Source: Nitrospirota bacterium | GTDB taxonomy: Bacteria > Nitrospirota > UBA9217 | DNA length: 64,000 nucleotides | Reading direction: 5' to 3' | Assembly: GCA_963818475.1 (NCBI GenBank) | Contig: CAWFSF010000006.1 | Span: 64,001-128,000, forward strand | Program-made: the position numbers and the translations under genes | Part shown: positions 51,216 through 62,312 of the stretch, in pieces | Layout: each line of letters opens with the position of its first letter | Position numbering within the stretch: position 1 is the stretch's first letter | Notes under the pieces: generated by a model | Databases searched by the model: none | Told to the model about the DNA's origin: nothing | What the model saw: the letters and a program-made list of their open reading frames with translations, nothing else

Positions 51216-52763
51216 ATGGACAAGCGTCTCACATTGCTCTGCCCTAATCTGGACCCGCGCAACGATCAAGCTGCAATCTATGAAAAGGGCCGGACCATAA
51301 CTTTCGGCGAGTTGGCCGGAGGAGTCGGCAACTTATCTGACAATATCGTGAGCGCTGGCGCAGTTCGGGGCAGTCGAATCGCTCTCTGCTACGACAATAC
51401 GGCTGCTTTTGTTTACGGGTATTTGGCTATCCTCGGAGCAGAGTGCATCCCGGTGCTCCTGAGCCCTAACCTCCCCGCCGAGAAGTTATCGTACATTCTC
51501 GCTGATAGTGGCGCAGCCGGCATGATGTGCGAATCCAGAGTAGTGGGCAGGATACCGTCGTACCCCCGCGGCATGAAATTTCTATTTTCCCCTGATGTCC
51601 GTGAGGCTGCAAGTCTGCGCGGGATCGCGGTCTACTCTTTCGACGAAGGAATCAGCTCGAAGAGGATCCCCGTTGACAACGGCGCTGTCCAGGAGCGGTA
51701 CGCTGAAGCGCAGCCTCAAAACGCTCACTCAATTAGTGCAGTTATTTATACGTCCGGGACGACCGGTAAACCGAAGGGAGTTATGCTCAGCGAGGTGAAT
51801 CTGGAACTTGCTACGGCGACGATTATCCGGCACCTGGGTCTTACCTCGGAGGATTCATGTCTTGTTGCTATGAGTTTTGCGCACTGCGCCGGCCTGCTGC
51901 ACATGCTTGCACACTTGCGTGCCGGGGCAAAACTGGTCACCGGTGAAACAGTTGCATTGATCGGACAATTTCTGGCCGCGATAAAAAAACATCGAGTGAC
52001 CATCTTCCCCGCGGTGCCGTCGTTCTTTACGCTCTTGACGAAACATCCCAAACAGAAGGTGAAACCCTATCTGAGCACCGTGCGCGCCGTTGAATCTTCC
52101 AGTGCGATGATAAACAGTTCGTTGATTCGAGAAGTCGCAGATCTTTACCCCTGCGCTACGCTGTTCAACACCTATGGATTGACCGAGGCTCCAAGAACTA
52201 CCTACGCGGTCGTGGATCCTTCCGATGCAACTACCTGTCTCTCTGTGGGGCATGCGACTTCCGGCGTCGCTGTAAAAGTTGTCAATGACCATTCCCAGCG
52301 GTGCCTGCCGTACGAAGAAGGAGAGATTGTCGTGGACGGGGCCAATGTGGCATTGGGGTATTGGAACAATTCTGAGAAGACCTCTGCGGCATTCGGGCCT
52401 CTCGGCTTCAGGACCGGCGATATCGGCTACACGGACCACAAGGGACTTTTGTACCTGAAGGGAAGGCGAGACGATATGATCAAGATCGGCGCCGAAGCCG
52501 TGTCCCCGCATGAGGTAGAAGAGGTCATCGGATCGCATCCGGGTGTTGCGGACGTGTTGGCCTATGGAGTAGAGGATGATATCCGGGGCTCGATAATACA
52601 TGTGCAGGTAGTTCGCAAAGACGGGTCTATTGACGAAGAAGCTCTATTTGATTATTGCTGCGGGAGGCTTGAGAAGCATAAGCTCCCTTCCCATATCAGC
52701 TTCCATGATTCCATCGCCGTGGAAGAATCAGGAAAGCCAAAGAGGAACAAAGCGACAGTATGA
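51216..52763 (+). CDS. Adenylate-forming (AMP-binding) enzyme
   Basis: YTSGTTGKPKG, YGLTE, TGD, SGK. Confidence 0.9.
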   Translation: MDKRLTLLCPNLDPRNDQAAIYEKGRTITFGELAGGVGNLSDNIVSAGAVRGSRIALCYDNTAAFVYGYLAILGAECIPVLLSPNLPAEKLSYILADSGAAGMMCESRVVGRIPSYPRGMKFLFSPDVREAASLRGIAVYSFDEGISSKRIPVDNGAVQERYAEAQPQNAHSISAVIYTSGTTGKPKGVMLSEVNLELATATIIRHLGLTSEDSCLVAMSFAHCAGLLHMLAHLRAGAKLVTGETVALIGQFLAAIKKHRVTIFPAVPSFFTLLTKHPKQKVKPYLSTVRAVESSSAMINSSLIREVADLYPCATLFNTYGLTEAPRTTYAVVDPSDATTCLSVGHATSGVAVKVVNDHSQRCLPYEEGEIVVDGANVALGYWNNSEKTSAAFGPLGFRTGDIGYTDHKGLLYLKGRRDDMIKIGAEAVSPHEVEEVIGSHPGVADVLAYGVEDDIRGSIIHVQVVRKDGSIDEEALFDYCCGRLEKHKLPSHISFHDSIAVEESGKPKRNKATV

Positions 52764-53704
52764 TCATCGACTTCCACAGTCATATCATAGAGGATTCCTG
52801 GCTGCCGGAACGATGGTGGGCATGGCTGACAGAATTCTACAATTCAAGGAGACGGAGTCCGCTGTTGCCGCACTTCAAAACTGCCGCCCTCAGGGAGCAG
52901 CTCTGTGATGGCGACGGGAGCAAGTTGTTGGCTGCGATGGAGGATGCGCAGATCGACAGGAGCATTGTACTGCCTCTGGATTGGGGGCTCTTGTTCGGGG
53001 AGCCTCCTGTGTCTATTGAAGAGCAACACAACCGGATCGCGGAAATAGCGGAGAGAAGCAACGGAAAGATCGTTCCCTTCGTCGGCGTGGATCCCCGAAG
53101 AAAAGGCGCCCTTGAACTGATCAAATATTGCTTGAAGGATTGCAGGATGCAGGGGATAAAGTTATATCCGGCTGCAGGATATGATCCAAGTAATAAGGCC
53201 TATCGCAGCATCTTTGAGGCTGCATTGCAATATGACGTTCCGGTGCTGGTTCACACTGGATATTCATTTGGTCCATTCCAGAGTGAATATTGCGGACCCG
53301 GCGTGTTGGACTGCCTCTGTGCAAGGTATCCTGATATCACCTTTGTTGCCGCGCACCTGGGTTCCGGCAACCTCGAGCAACTCTGCTGGCTGGGATATGC
53401 GAAGCCAAATCTGTATGCTGATTGCTCCCTGATGCAGATAAGGGCACGTCAGAACTATTCGGAGTTTGCCGGCAATCTCCGTCTGGCGTGCGACTTGTTC
53501 GGAAGCCAGCGCATTCTCTTCGGCACGGATTGGCCCTTTTCCCAGAGTGTGATGAAGAATGACGAATATGTGAATGCATTCAGGAAACTGAAGTCCGTAG
53601 ACAGCTCCGGCACGACGTTTGTTGGATACGAAGTGAAGCAGCTCCTGGGAGGAACCGCAGCAAGCTTGCTGTCCAGAAAAAAGGGAGGTTGTGATGACAA
53701 ATGA
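52760..53704 (+). CDS. Amidohydrolase_2 family protein
   Basis: IDFHSH, GIKLYP, VLVHTG, AHLG, LFGTDWP. Confidence 0.88.
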   Translation: MIIDFHSHIIEDSWLPERWWAWLTEFYNSRRRSPLLPHFKTAALREQLCDGDGSKLLAAMEDAQIDRSIVLPLDWGLLFGEPPVSIEEQHNRIAEIAERSNGKIVPFVGVDPRRKGALELIKYCLKDCRMQGIKLYPAAGYDPSNKAYRSIFEAALQYDVPVLVHTGYSFGPFQSEYCGPGVLDCLCARYPDITFVAAHLGSGNLEQLCWLGYAKPNLYADCSLMQIRARQNYSEFAGNLRLACDLFGSQRILFGTDWPFSQSVMKNDEYVNAFRKLKSVDSSGTTFVGYEVKQLLGGTAASLLSRKKGGCDDK

Positions 53705-54038
53705 GAGCTTTGCCAGGGAGGTTGCGATGACGACTGTGCCTCTTGCCAGGGAAGCTGCGATGACACCTAAGCCTCTTGCTCGAGAGGTTGTGGTGCCAAA
53801 TGAGACTCTTGCTGAGGAGATTTTTATCTATATCAAGAACGAATTGAATCATTCAAGTGATTTTGATATTGCGGCAAGTATCGTGAAAGAAGGGATTGTT
53901 GATTCCCTGGGGATACTGACCTTAGTGTCCTTCCTGGAAAAGCGATATCACGTGGAAATCGATTTTGAAGAGATCACCCCGGATAACTTTAAAAATGTTG
54001 ATGCGATCGCACGGTTCATAAAGAAACTGCTTGGATGA
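53694..54038 (+). CDS. Acyl carrier protein with 11-aa N-terminal repeats
   Basis: GIVDSLG phosphopantetheine motif, LE..Y.VEI..EITPDNF. Confidence 0.85.
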   Translation: MTNESFAREVAMTTVPLAREAAMTPKPLAREVVVPNETLAEEIFIYIKNELNHSSDFDIAASIVKEGIVDSLGILTLVSFLEKRYHVEIDFEEITPDNFKNVDAIARFIKKLLG

Positions 54039-54065
54039 GTCGCACCATAGAGCAGAAAGCGGATT

Positions 54066-56048
54066 ATGGAAGCCACAAGAGAAATTTACTGGAACGTAGG
54101 GCGCAGCGTCGCGGGGCCCATGTACCTGGCGACTGTATTGACTGTTGTGTTCTTCGCATGGGGGATAGGGAGGAGGTTGTCGCTCTATCGCATAGGGACG
54201 GCAATCAACCGTTTTGACCGCTGCGACGAACGATTCAGGCGACTCATTGTCGAAGTGCTTGGGCAGAAGAAGGTAGCCCGGGAACGGGACGGCGGACGTT
54301 TCCACGCCCGGCTCTTCTGGACGATGGGCACTCTGTTCGCCGGAACCCTGCTGGTGATGATACAGGATGATCTCCTTGCGCCCTTCACCGGGATAAACAT
54401 TCTCAGCGGCGCATTTTACAAGGTGTTCTCGCTGGTTCTGGATATGGCCGGTCTGGCCGCGTTCCTGACGTTGGGGGGGCTTTCCTACCGACGTTTCATC
54501 AGGAAGCCGGAGGGGTTGGAGACCGTCAGCAAGGATTATGTGGTCCACCTGCTCCTCTTTGCCGTACTTATCACGGGCTTCCTGCTGGAAGGTGCGCGAA
54601 TCGCCGTCACTGAACAGCGACAAAACCCCGGACTGGCACTCTTTTCCCCTGTCGGTTATGCCGCCGCACACCTGTTCACCGGCTTCGATAAACAGTCGAT
54701 CCTCACGACGCATAAAGACCTCTGGTGGGTCCACTTCGCCCTGACCATCGGCATTATCGGTGCCATTCCCTTCACAAAACTGCGGCACGTCGTCACCACC
54801 AGTGCAAACGCCTTCTTCGCACCATTCGAGCCAATGGGATCGATCGCCACTATAAATCTTGAAGCCGAGGAGATCGAGCAGTATGGCGCTGCAGAGGTCA
54901 CCGGCCTCTCCTGGAAAGATATCTTCGATGCCGACGCCTGCACCGGATGCAAGCGCTGCCAGGACCACTGTCCCGTTTCAGCCACCGGCAAGCCGCTGTC
55001 CCCCATGAAACTGATCAAACAAATAGGCGAGGCCGCTGAGAACAATACTGATGCAGGGCTGATAGAAACCATCGGCCGGGAAGCCCTCTGGTCCTGCACC
55101 ACCTGCGGTGCATGCCAGGATATTTGTCCCGCCAATGTAGAGCATGTGAACAAGATCATCGAGATGCGCCGCAACCTGGTCCTTATGCAGGGTGCTTTTC
55201 CCGGCGAAGAGGTGCGCAGCGCGATGAACAACATGGAGGTGAACGGCAACCCCTTTGGTTTGGACTTTACGGGGCGTGGTGAATGGGTCGACGACCTCCC
55301 CGTGATCCTGATGAGAGATAGCGTGGAAGTCGACATTCTCTACTTCGCCGGCTGCTATGCTTCGTTTGACAAACGGAACCAGGAGGTGGCCAGAAACTTC
55401 GTGAGGATCTGCGCCGCCGCAGGGGTCAGGGTCGGCATTCTCGGCAAAGAGGAGAACTGCTGCGGTGAGCCGGTCCGCAAGCTCGGCAACGAATACCTCT
55501 ACCAGATGCTGGCAGCGCAAAACATAGAACTGATCAAGGAGTACGGAGTGAAAAAAATAGTTACCACCTGTCCTCACTGCTTCAACACCCTGGCACGGGA
55601 TTACAAAGACCTGGGGCTCGATCTTCCGGTGGAACACTATTCCACCTTCGTCGCCCGGTTGCTGAAGGAAGAGCGGTTGATGCTTGCCCCTGAGCAATTC
55701 GATTTCACCTACCACGACTCCTGTTACCTGGGCCGCTATCAGGATATTACCGACGAGCCGCGCATGGTGCTCCGGATGGCAGGCGGGAGATTAACGGAAA
55801 TGACGAAGTCCGGCTATGATAGTTTTTGCTGTGGCGCCGGCGGCGGTCGGATCCTTGCCGAGGAGAAGATCGGCGACCGGATCAATGTGAGGCGGATTCA
55901 AATGGCGAAAGAGACCGGCGCTCCGCTCCTCGTTTCCAACTGCCCTTTTTGCCTCACCATGTTCGAGGACGGGATCAAGATGGCTGGTTGCGAAGGGGAA
56001 CTGGTGATAAAAGACCTGGCGGAGGTCGTGGCCGAGAGAATAGCATAA
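54066..56048 (+). CDS. FadF-like membrane Fe-S oxidoreductase (TM/cytochrome b-like, 2x[4Fe-4S], two CCG domains)
   Basis: CTGCKRCQDHCP, CTTCGACQDICP, ENCCG, YHDSCYLGR, CCGAGGG, CPFC. Confidence 0.88.
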   Translation: MEATREIYWNVGRSVAGPMYLATVLTVVFFAWGIGRRLSLYRIGTAINRFDRCDERFRRLIVEVLGQKKVARERDGGRFHARLFWTMGTLFAGTLLVMIQDDLLAPFTGINILSGAFYKVFSLVLDMAGLAAFLTLGGLSYRRFIRKPEGLETVSKDYVVHLLLFAVLITGFLLEGARIAVTEQRQNPGLALFSPVGYAAAHLFTGFDKQSILTTHKDLWWVHFALTIGIIGAIPFTKLRHVVTTSANAFFAPFEPMGSIATINLEAEEIEQYGAAEVTGLSWKDIFDADACTGCKRCQDHCPVSATGKPLSPMKLIKQIGEAAENNTDAGLIETIGREALWSCTTCGACQDICPANVEHVNKIIEMRRNLVLMQGAFPGEEVRSAMNNMEVNGNPFGLDFTGRGEWVDDLPVILMRDSVEVDILYFAGCYASFDKRNQEVARNFVRICAAAGVRVGILGKEENCCGEPVRKLGNEYLYQMLAAQNIELIKEYGVKKIVTTCPHCFNTLARDYKDLGLDLPVEHYSTFVARLLKEERLMLAPEQFDFTYHDSCYLGRYQDITDEPRMVLRMAGGRLTEMTKSGYDSFCCGAGGGRILAEEKIGDRINVRRIQMAKETGAPLLVSNCPFCLTMFEDGIKMAGCEGELVIKDLAEVVAERIA

Positions 56049-56050
56049 AA

Positions 56051-56827
56051 ATGAAGATTCTTATCTGCATTAAACAGGTTCCTGATAGGGAGTCAAGGTT
56101 CAAACCGAACGCCGAGGGTGTCTGGTACGACGAGGCAGATCTTGCCTGGCGGTTGAACGAATACGACGAATACGCCGTGGAACAGGCTGTGCAGCTGAAA
56201 GAACAACTAGGCAATGCTCCCGAGTTGACCGTCCTCTCCATCGGCCCGGACCGGGCGCGGGAGGCTATCAAAAAGGCGCTGGCCATGGGCTGCGACCTCG
56301 GCGTGCATGTCCAGGATCCGGGAGCGCTGCTCAAGGACCCCTGGCAGATCGCCTCAATAATTGCCGCGTACGCAAAAGACCGGGGCTTTGCCCTGATCTT
56401 CACCGGCATGCAGTCCGAAGACGGGGGCTCAGCCCAGGTAGGCGTTACCGTGGCGGAGTTGCTTGGCTATGCCTGCACTACCACCGTGGTCGGTTTCGAC
56501 TATGCCGATGGCACCATCACCGCTAAGCGTGAGCTTGAGGGAGGGACCAAAGGGGTGGTGAAATTGAAGACACCAGCACTGCTCACCTGCGAGTTGGGAC
56601 TCAACGTACCCCGTTACCCGACTCTCCCTAACATCATGAAGACCAGGAAGAAAGAGATTAAGGCAATTCCTGTGTCGTCGCTCTTGGATGACGGGCCGCT
56701 TATGATCACATCGATGTTCTATCCGCCGTTCAAAAAAAGCAGAGGGATCGTCCTCGATGGTGATGTGGCTGCGATGGCAGACCAGTTGGTGGGGATACTC
56801 AAACAAAAGACCCCGGTGCTGCGGTAG
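56051..56827 (+). CDS. etfB: Electron transfer flavoprotein beta subunit
   Basis: MKILICIKQVPD, N.YDEYAVE, ALAMG, G.QSED, PRYPTL. Confidence 0.92.
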   Translation: MKILICIKQVPDRESRFKPNAEGVWYDEADLAWRLNEYDEYAVEQAVQLKEQLGNAPELTVLSIGPDRAREAIKKALAMGCDLGVHVQDPGALLKDPWQIASIIAAYAKDRGFALIFTGMQSEDGGSAQVGVTVAELLGYACTTTVVGFDYADGTITAKRELEGGTKGVVKLKTPALLTCELGLNVPRYPTLPNIMKTRKKEIKAIPVSSLLDDGPLMITSMFYPPFKKSRGIVLDGDVAAMADQLVGILKQKTPVLR

Positions 56828-56835
56828 AGCGTGAA

Positions 56836-57768
56836 ATGAAACTCTTATTAGTTGCAGAATTTCGCGAAGGGAAACTCGTTGAATCAACGTATGAACTATT
56901 GGGTTTTGCACGGCTGTTTGAGGGAGAAGCTGTCATGGTGCTTGTCGGCAGCGACAGCCAGGTTCCTGAATACGGAGGACGTCTTTATCTTGCAGATGCC
57001 GTGAGATACGGCGAATACAACCCTGATCTGCACAAGAAACTGGTTCTCCAGGCAATTGAAATGGAAAAGCCCGACTACGTAGTCTTTCTCCATTCATCCT
57101 ATGGCTGGGATTTGGCGCCACGAGTGTCCGCCAGCCTCAGACTTGGCCAGATTTCGGGGATTATTGGATTGATAAATGGAGAATTCGAGGTGGGGTGCTG
57201 CAACGGAAAGATGCGACGCACTATCAAGCCGGCAAGCGGCAAGGCGGTGCTTACGATCCAAGCCGGGGCATTCCCGGTTATACGGCCGGGCGGCACCCCG
57301 CAGGTGCAGCGGCTGGATGCTGATGGCACGGGCACTGTCGAGTTTGTCGGTTATGAGCCTGCAGAACCAAAAGATGTAGACCTTGCCAAGGCCAGGGTGA
57401 TTGTTGCCGCCGGCCGGGGAGTTGGCGGGAAAGAAAACATGACGGCTATTGCTGCTCTAGCCAGGGCACTCGGCGGCGAATTGGGGGCCAGCAGGCCTGT
57501 CGTTGACGCCGGCTGGGCCGAACACAGCCAGCAGGTTGGTACTACCGGCCAGACAGTCAGTCCTCAGCTTTACATTGCCTGCGGCATCAGCGGCGCCATC
57601 CAGCACGTGGCCGGCATGAAAAAGTCCGAATTCATCGTCGCCATCAACAAAGACAGGGACGCCCCCATCGGCGACGTGGCCGATGTCCTCGTGGTGGCTG
57701 ACGTCATGCAGTTTGTTCCAGCGCTGGCCGCAAAGCTTCAATGCGTTGACTTGTTTTGTAGAGCCTGA
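56836..57768 (+). CDS. etfA: Electron transfer flavoprotein alpha subunit
   Basis: [39 protein letters not shown]. Confidence 0.92.
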   Translation: MKLLLVAEFREGKLVESTYELLGFARLFEGEAVMVLVGSDSQVPEYGGRLYLADAVRYGEYNPDLHKKLVLQAIEMEKPDYVVFLHSSYGWDLAPRVSASLRLGQISGIIGLINGEFEVGCCNGKMRRTIKPASGKAVLTIQAGAFPVIRPGGTPQVQRLDADGTGTVEFVGYEPAEPKDVDLAKARVIVAAGRGVGGKENMTAIAALARALGGELGASRPVVDAGWAEHSQQVGTTGQTVSPQLYIACGISGAIQHVAGMKKSEFIVAINKDRDAPIGDVADVLVVADVMQFVPALAAKLQCVDLFCRA

Positions 57769-57832
57769 TCTAGATAATTGACGATCGGTCTGTAGTGAAA
57801 TGACTTGTTAACGCGTAAAAGCGGAGGACAAA

Positions 57833-59125
57833 ATGAAAAGAAATTTCAGCATGAAGTTCGCATTAACCTTGAGTTTCATCGTTATGGTCATGTTTTTATG
57901 GCTGGCAAGCAACGGCTGCAAAGGCCACACTGCACAATCGCCTGGGCAGCCAGATCAGCCGCAAATTGCAGTAAGCAGCCGTCAAATCGTAAACGGCAAT
58001 GTTGTTCTGAATAATATTTCGGAACAGACCGTCTCGCTCCAAAATACCGGATCAATCAGCCTTACTATCGGCCAGATCGCTCAGGCGAATACCCTGGCGC
58101 CTCCTTTCAGCATCGTAAGTGATTATTGCTCCGGGCGGGCAGTGCAGCCGTCGGCGGTATGCAGCTTCAAGGTTCAGTTCATGCCGACAGATCAGGGTTC
58201 TTTTAACGACAGCTTTGACATCCCCTCTAATGCCTCCAATGAAAATTCCGTGACCGTAGACGTTACCGGAAGCGGAAAAGCGCTCAGGGTCGCCATTAAC
58301 CAGGTCAATACCGACAGCTGTTCGACGGGGGTTCTTGAGCTTATAGTCAACGTAACTGATGAAAATAATACTCCCCTGCCAGGGTTGGCAGTCGGCGACT
58401 TTCAATTAAAGGAAAACGGCGTGCCGCAGTTACTCGAAAGCGTTTCACAAGTCCTGACGGCAGTACCAGTGTCAGTGGCTATGGTCCTCGATTACTCGGG
58501 AACCATGGAGAGCCAGGTACCGACCCTTGAAGCCGCATCTATCAATTTTATAGGGGACTTGAATCCGGATGATGAGGCTGCTGTCATCAAGTTTGAGGTG
58601 CTTCCCCAGTTGATGCAGGATTTCACGGGCAATAAGGCTGATCTGATAACGGCGATAAACACCGCGCCATCACAGATCGGAAGCGGCGGAACATATGTAT
58701 ACGACAGCCTCTGGTACGCTATTGAAAAAACATCAGTGAGACAGAAACACAAAGCGATTGTTGTAATTTCCGACGGCAGGGATGAGAACTCTCAGGGGGA
58801 GAAGGACGTTTCCATCAAAACGCTGGATGAGGTCATCGCATATGCAGCGGCAAATGACGTGACAATATACGCGGTAGGTCTGGGCGACGCTGAAGGGGTG
58901 GTCATGAACCGTCTGGCAAGCGAGACCGGAGGACAATATTATTATATGACAAATATCGATCAACTCACCGGTGTTTACCAGGCCATCAGTGACATTCTTT
59001 TCGGCCAATACTCGATAAAATACGTCTCTTCCCTGCATGGCAGCACTCCGATCACGCTGGAAATCAATGTGGCGGGCGGCGCTGATGAGGGCGCGGGCGT
59101 ATTGCAGACCGCAGGGTGCCCTTGA
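57833..59125 (+). CDS. Secreted/lipoprotein with Ig-like (choice-of-anchor D-like) and VWA domains
   Basis: Signal peptide with Cys, LQNTG..C Ig segment, VLDYSGTM MIDAS, ISDG, LASETGG. Confidence 0.8.
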   Translation: MKRNFSMKFALTLSFIVMVMFLWLASNGCKGHTAQSPGQPDQPQIAVSSRQIVNGNVVLNNISEQTVSLQNTGSISLTIGQIAQANTLAPPFSIVSDYCSGRAVQPSAVCSFKVQFMPTDQGSFNDSFDIPSNASNENSVTVDVTGSGKALRVAINQVNTDSCSTGVLELIVNVTDENNTPLPGLAVGDFQLKENGVPQLLESVSQVLTAVPVSVAMVLDYSGTMESQVPTLEAASINFIGDLNPDDEAAVIKFEVLPQLMQDFTGNKADLITAINTAPSQIGSGGTYVYDSLWYAIEKTSVRQKHKAIVVISDGRDENSQGEKDVSIKTLDEVIAYAAANDVTIYAVGLGDAEGVVMNRLASETGGQYYYMTNIDQLTGVYQAISDILFGQYSIKYVSSLHGSTPITLEINVAGGADEGAGVLQTAGCP

Positions 59126-59186
59126 GACGACTAACAGTGATGAACCGCTCGTCAAAAGCTGAAAGAAAAATGGTACAGGCATTTCC

Positions 59187-60666
59187 ATGACGGACAACCT
59201 GCAACAGAAAACAGTTACGGCCCTCTCCTGGAGTTTTGTCGAGTCCATGGCGGCGCGGAGCGCGCAATTCGTCATCGGCATCATCCTGGCCCGGTTGCTG
59301 TTCCCCGAGCAGTTCGGTCTGATCGGGATGCTGATGATCTTCATGGCTGTATCGCAGGCATTTCTCGATAGCGGATTCGGCGCCGCGCTGATCCAGAAAC
59401 AGGAGATAACGCAAACCGACATTTGTTCGGTATTTTATTTTAATATACTGGTGGGATTGGCGGCTGCGGGCCTCTTGAGCCTCGCCGCCCCCTGGATAGC
59501 CGCTTTTTATAAGCAGCCTGTCCTGACCCCCCTGACGAGGGCGCTGTCTTTGACCCTTGTGATTAATTCCTTTGGCCTGATCCAGAATGTGCTGCTTACC
59601 AAGCAGATCAACTTCAAGACGCAGACCAAGGTAACCTTGATTGCGGGCGTATTGTCGGGCATCGTCGGCATTACTCTGGCCGTCCATGGATTCGGCGTGT
59701 GGAGCCTGGCTATCCAGCAGATATCCAGTGCTTTTGTCCGGACCGCTTGTCTCTGGTTCTTTAGTTCCTGGCGGCCGATCCTGATCTTCAGCTTCACCTC
59801 CCTGCGGGAACTGTTCGGTTTCGGATCACGACTGCTTGCTTCGGGCGTGCTTAACCAGACTTTTGACAACATCTATCTCGTGGTCATCGGAAGGCTGTTT
59901 TCGGCTGCTGACCTCGGGTTTTTTACGCGCGCCAAGACCTTGAATGATGTTCCTTCGCAATCGTTGTCGCAAATGGTGGGACGCGTCACCTTTCCCGTGT
60001 TCTCCACCATCCAGGACGATCGCGTGCGATTGAAAAGGGGATTGAAAAAGGCCCTGACCACGCTGGTTCTGGTGAATTTCCCCATGATGATCGGCCTGGC
60101 GATCGTCGCCCGTCCCCTGGTGCTGGTATTGTTGACGGATAAATGGGCACCCTCCATTCCCTATTTGCAGCTGCTCTGTGTTGCCGGCTTGTTGATTCCG
60201 CTCCAATCGATGAACCTGAATGTGCTGCAGGCCCTGGGACGGTCCGATCTGTTTCTCCGTCTGGAGATCGTCAAAAAAAGCTCTCATATGCGTCAACATC
60301 GCCATTACCTGGCGATGGGGCATATCCGCGATGATCTCCGGTATGATCGTCACTTCGATTATCTCGTATTATTTGAACAGTTATTACAACGGCATGCTGA
60401 TCGATTACTCCATCAAAGAACAGGTGCTTGACCTGCTCCCTTACCTCAGCATGGCCTCGCTGATGGGCTTTGCGGTTTATGCAGCCGGGTTGCTGCAGTT
60501 CCCCAGCCGGTGGTCCTTGCTTCTGACGCAGATTACCGCGGGCATCGTTGTTTATGTTTTCCTGTGCCGTGCATTTCGTTTAAAGGCTTTTATGGAGATC
60601 TGGCAAGCGGGTTTTAATATGATAAAAAAATCGGGATTCAAGATGATGGTTCAGGGGTTCAAGTGA
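59187..60666 (+). CDS. wzx: Wzx-family polysaccharide flippase; frameshift near 60280
   Basis: WS..LARLL.PEQFG, D.GFGAALIQ, FGVWSL, multi-TM profile. Confidence 0.88.
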
Positions 60667-60735
60667 AATCTTTGAGCATCGGACCCCTTGAACGTGCAAC
60701 TCCCCGTAGCCAGCTACGGTCAGAGAGGTGAGTGC

Positions 60736-61815
60736 GTGAATAAAATTATGATTACCGGAGCGGCCGGTTTTATCGGATTCCATCTATCGCGAAAATTGCT
60801 CGAACAAGGCGTTGAGGTGACCGGCATCGATAATTTAAACGATTATTACGATGTGAATCTCAAGCGAGCACGACTGTCGACCCTCGAAGAGCATAAGAAT
60901 TTTACATTCATGCGGGCCAGCGTGTCGGACCGGATGGCCGTAGATGAGCTGTTTAGAAAGGGCAGATTCGATTGCGTGGTGAATTTGGCGGCCCAGCCTG
61001 GTGTTCGTTACTCCTTAAAGAACCCTTATTCCTACATCGACAGCAACATTGTCGGTTTCACGAACATTCTGGAAGGCTGCCGGCACAATCATGTCAAACA
61101 TCTCGTTTTCGCCTCTTCAAGCTCGGTCTACGGAGCCAATGCCAAAATACCCTTCTCGGTCAGTGATAATGTGGACCATCCTTTTTCACTCTATGCAGCG
61201 TCCAAAAAAGCGAACGAGCTGATGGCGCATACCTATGCACATTTATACGGTCTGCCGTGCACCGGCCTCAGGTTCTTTACGGTCTATGGTCCCTGGGGTC
61301 GTCCGGATATGGCCTATTTTTCCTTCACCAAGGCTATTCTGGAGGGAAAACCCATCGACGTATTCAACAACGGCGACATGAAGCGTGATTTCACCTATAT
61401 CGATGACATTGTTGAAGGGGTCATACGCGTCATGGATAAAATCCCTCGGCCAAATGCCGGCTGGGACAGGATAAAGTCCGATCCGGGGTCCAGCCATGCT
61501 CCTTACAAATTGTACAACATCGGCAACAATAACCCTGTTGACCTGTCGAAATTTATCGCGGTATTGGAGTCGAATCTCGGCAAAACTGCAGTAAAGAACA
61601 TGCTTCCCATGCAGCCCGGAGACGTCCCCATTACCTACGCTGATGTGAATGATCTTATACGCGACGTGGGTTTTAAACCATCGACTCCTATCGAGGAGGG
61701 CATTCAAAAATTTGTGGTATGGTTCAAGGAGTATTACGGCTATGGCCTGGATGCTGCAGAAGATACTTTCCACACAGCTCCGATACAGGAACCTGTTCGA
61801 CAACGTGCAGCTTGA
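60736..61815 (+). CDS. UDP-glucuronate 4-epimerase
   Basis: [49 protein letters not shown]. Confidence 0.9.
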   Translation: MNKIMITGAAGFIGFHLSRKLLEQGVEVTGIDNLNDYYDVNLKRARLSTLEEHKNFTFMRASVSDRMAVDELFRKGRFDCVVNLAAQPGVRYSLKNPYSYIDSNIVGFTNILEGCRHNHVKHLVFASSSSVYGANAKIPFSVSDNVDHPFSLYAASKKANELMAHTYAHLYGLPCTGLRFFTVYGPWGRPDMAYFSFTKAILEGKPIDVFNNGDMKRDFTYIDDIVEGVIRVMDKIPRPNAGWDRIKSDPGSSHAPYKLYNIGNNNPVDLSKFIAVLESNLGKTAVKNMLPMQPGDVPITYADVNDLIRDVGFKPSTPIEEGIQKFVVWFKEYYGYGLDAAEDTFHTAPIQEPVRQRAA

Positions 61816-61930
61816 GTATGTGATCTTTTCCTCGAGTGTATAATTGTGCAGTTTTTTCACATGAACTTTCCTCTGTTCGAAATTGCTTATCTCAAACGAC
61901 TGCAATTATTCAAAATGATAGGGGATCGCA

Positions 61931-62311
61931 ATGAAATATCATCTTCTTGACCTGCTCTGTTGTCCCTCGTGTGGAAATCAATTAATACTGAATCCATTTG
62001 AAGAAGGTACCAATGAATCGGGTAATTCAGAGCAGTCGATGACCTCGCCTCGATGCAGCAAATATTGCGGATTAAAAAACATTTCGATAGAAGGTGAAGA
62101 TGCCGGCAGGAAACAGTTCAGGTTTGATTGCATAACATGTTATAAAAAAGAAATCTTGGAAGGGATAATGTCATGCACATGTGGAAACGTGTTTCCAGTA
62201 ACCGGCTGCGTACCGCGCATGGTAAGCGGCAACTTAGAGGCTTATCCGGAGTTTGTTGAGAAAAACAAAGATAAGCTGATGGGTTTATCTTCACGAATAG
62301 GAGTTCATTAA
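61931..62311 (+). CDS. Trm112-like Zn-binding protein (possibly the truncated N-terminus of a methyltransferase)
   Basis: LLDLLCCP.C..L..EI.EG.M.C.C..FPV...VPRM. Confidence 0.6.
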   Translation: MKYHLLDLLCCPSCGNQLILNPFEEGTNESGNSEQSMTSPRCSKYCGLKNISIEGEDAGRKQFRFDCITCYKKEILEGIMSCTCGNVFPVTGCVPRMVSGNLEAYPEFVEKNKDKLMGLSSRIGVH

Positions 62312-62312
62312 C

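Noticed and set aside
55826-56050. N-terminal extension on EtfB
   Set aside because: It overlaps the FadF-like gene in another frame; the family start MKILICIKQVPD is at 56051.
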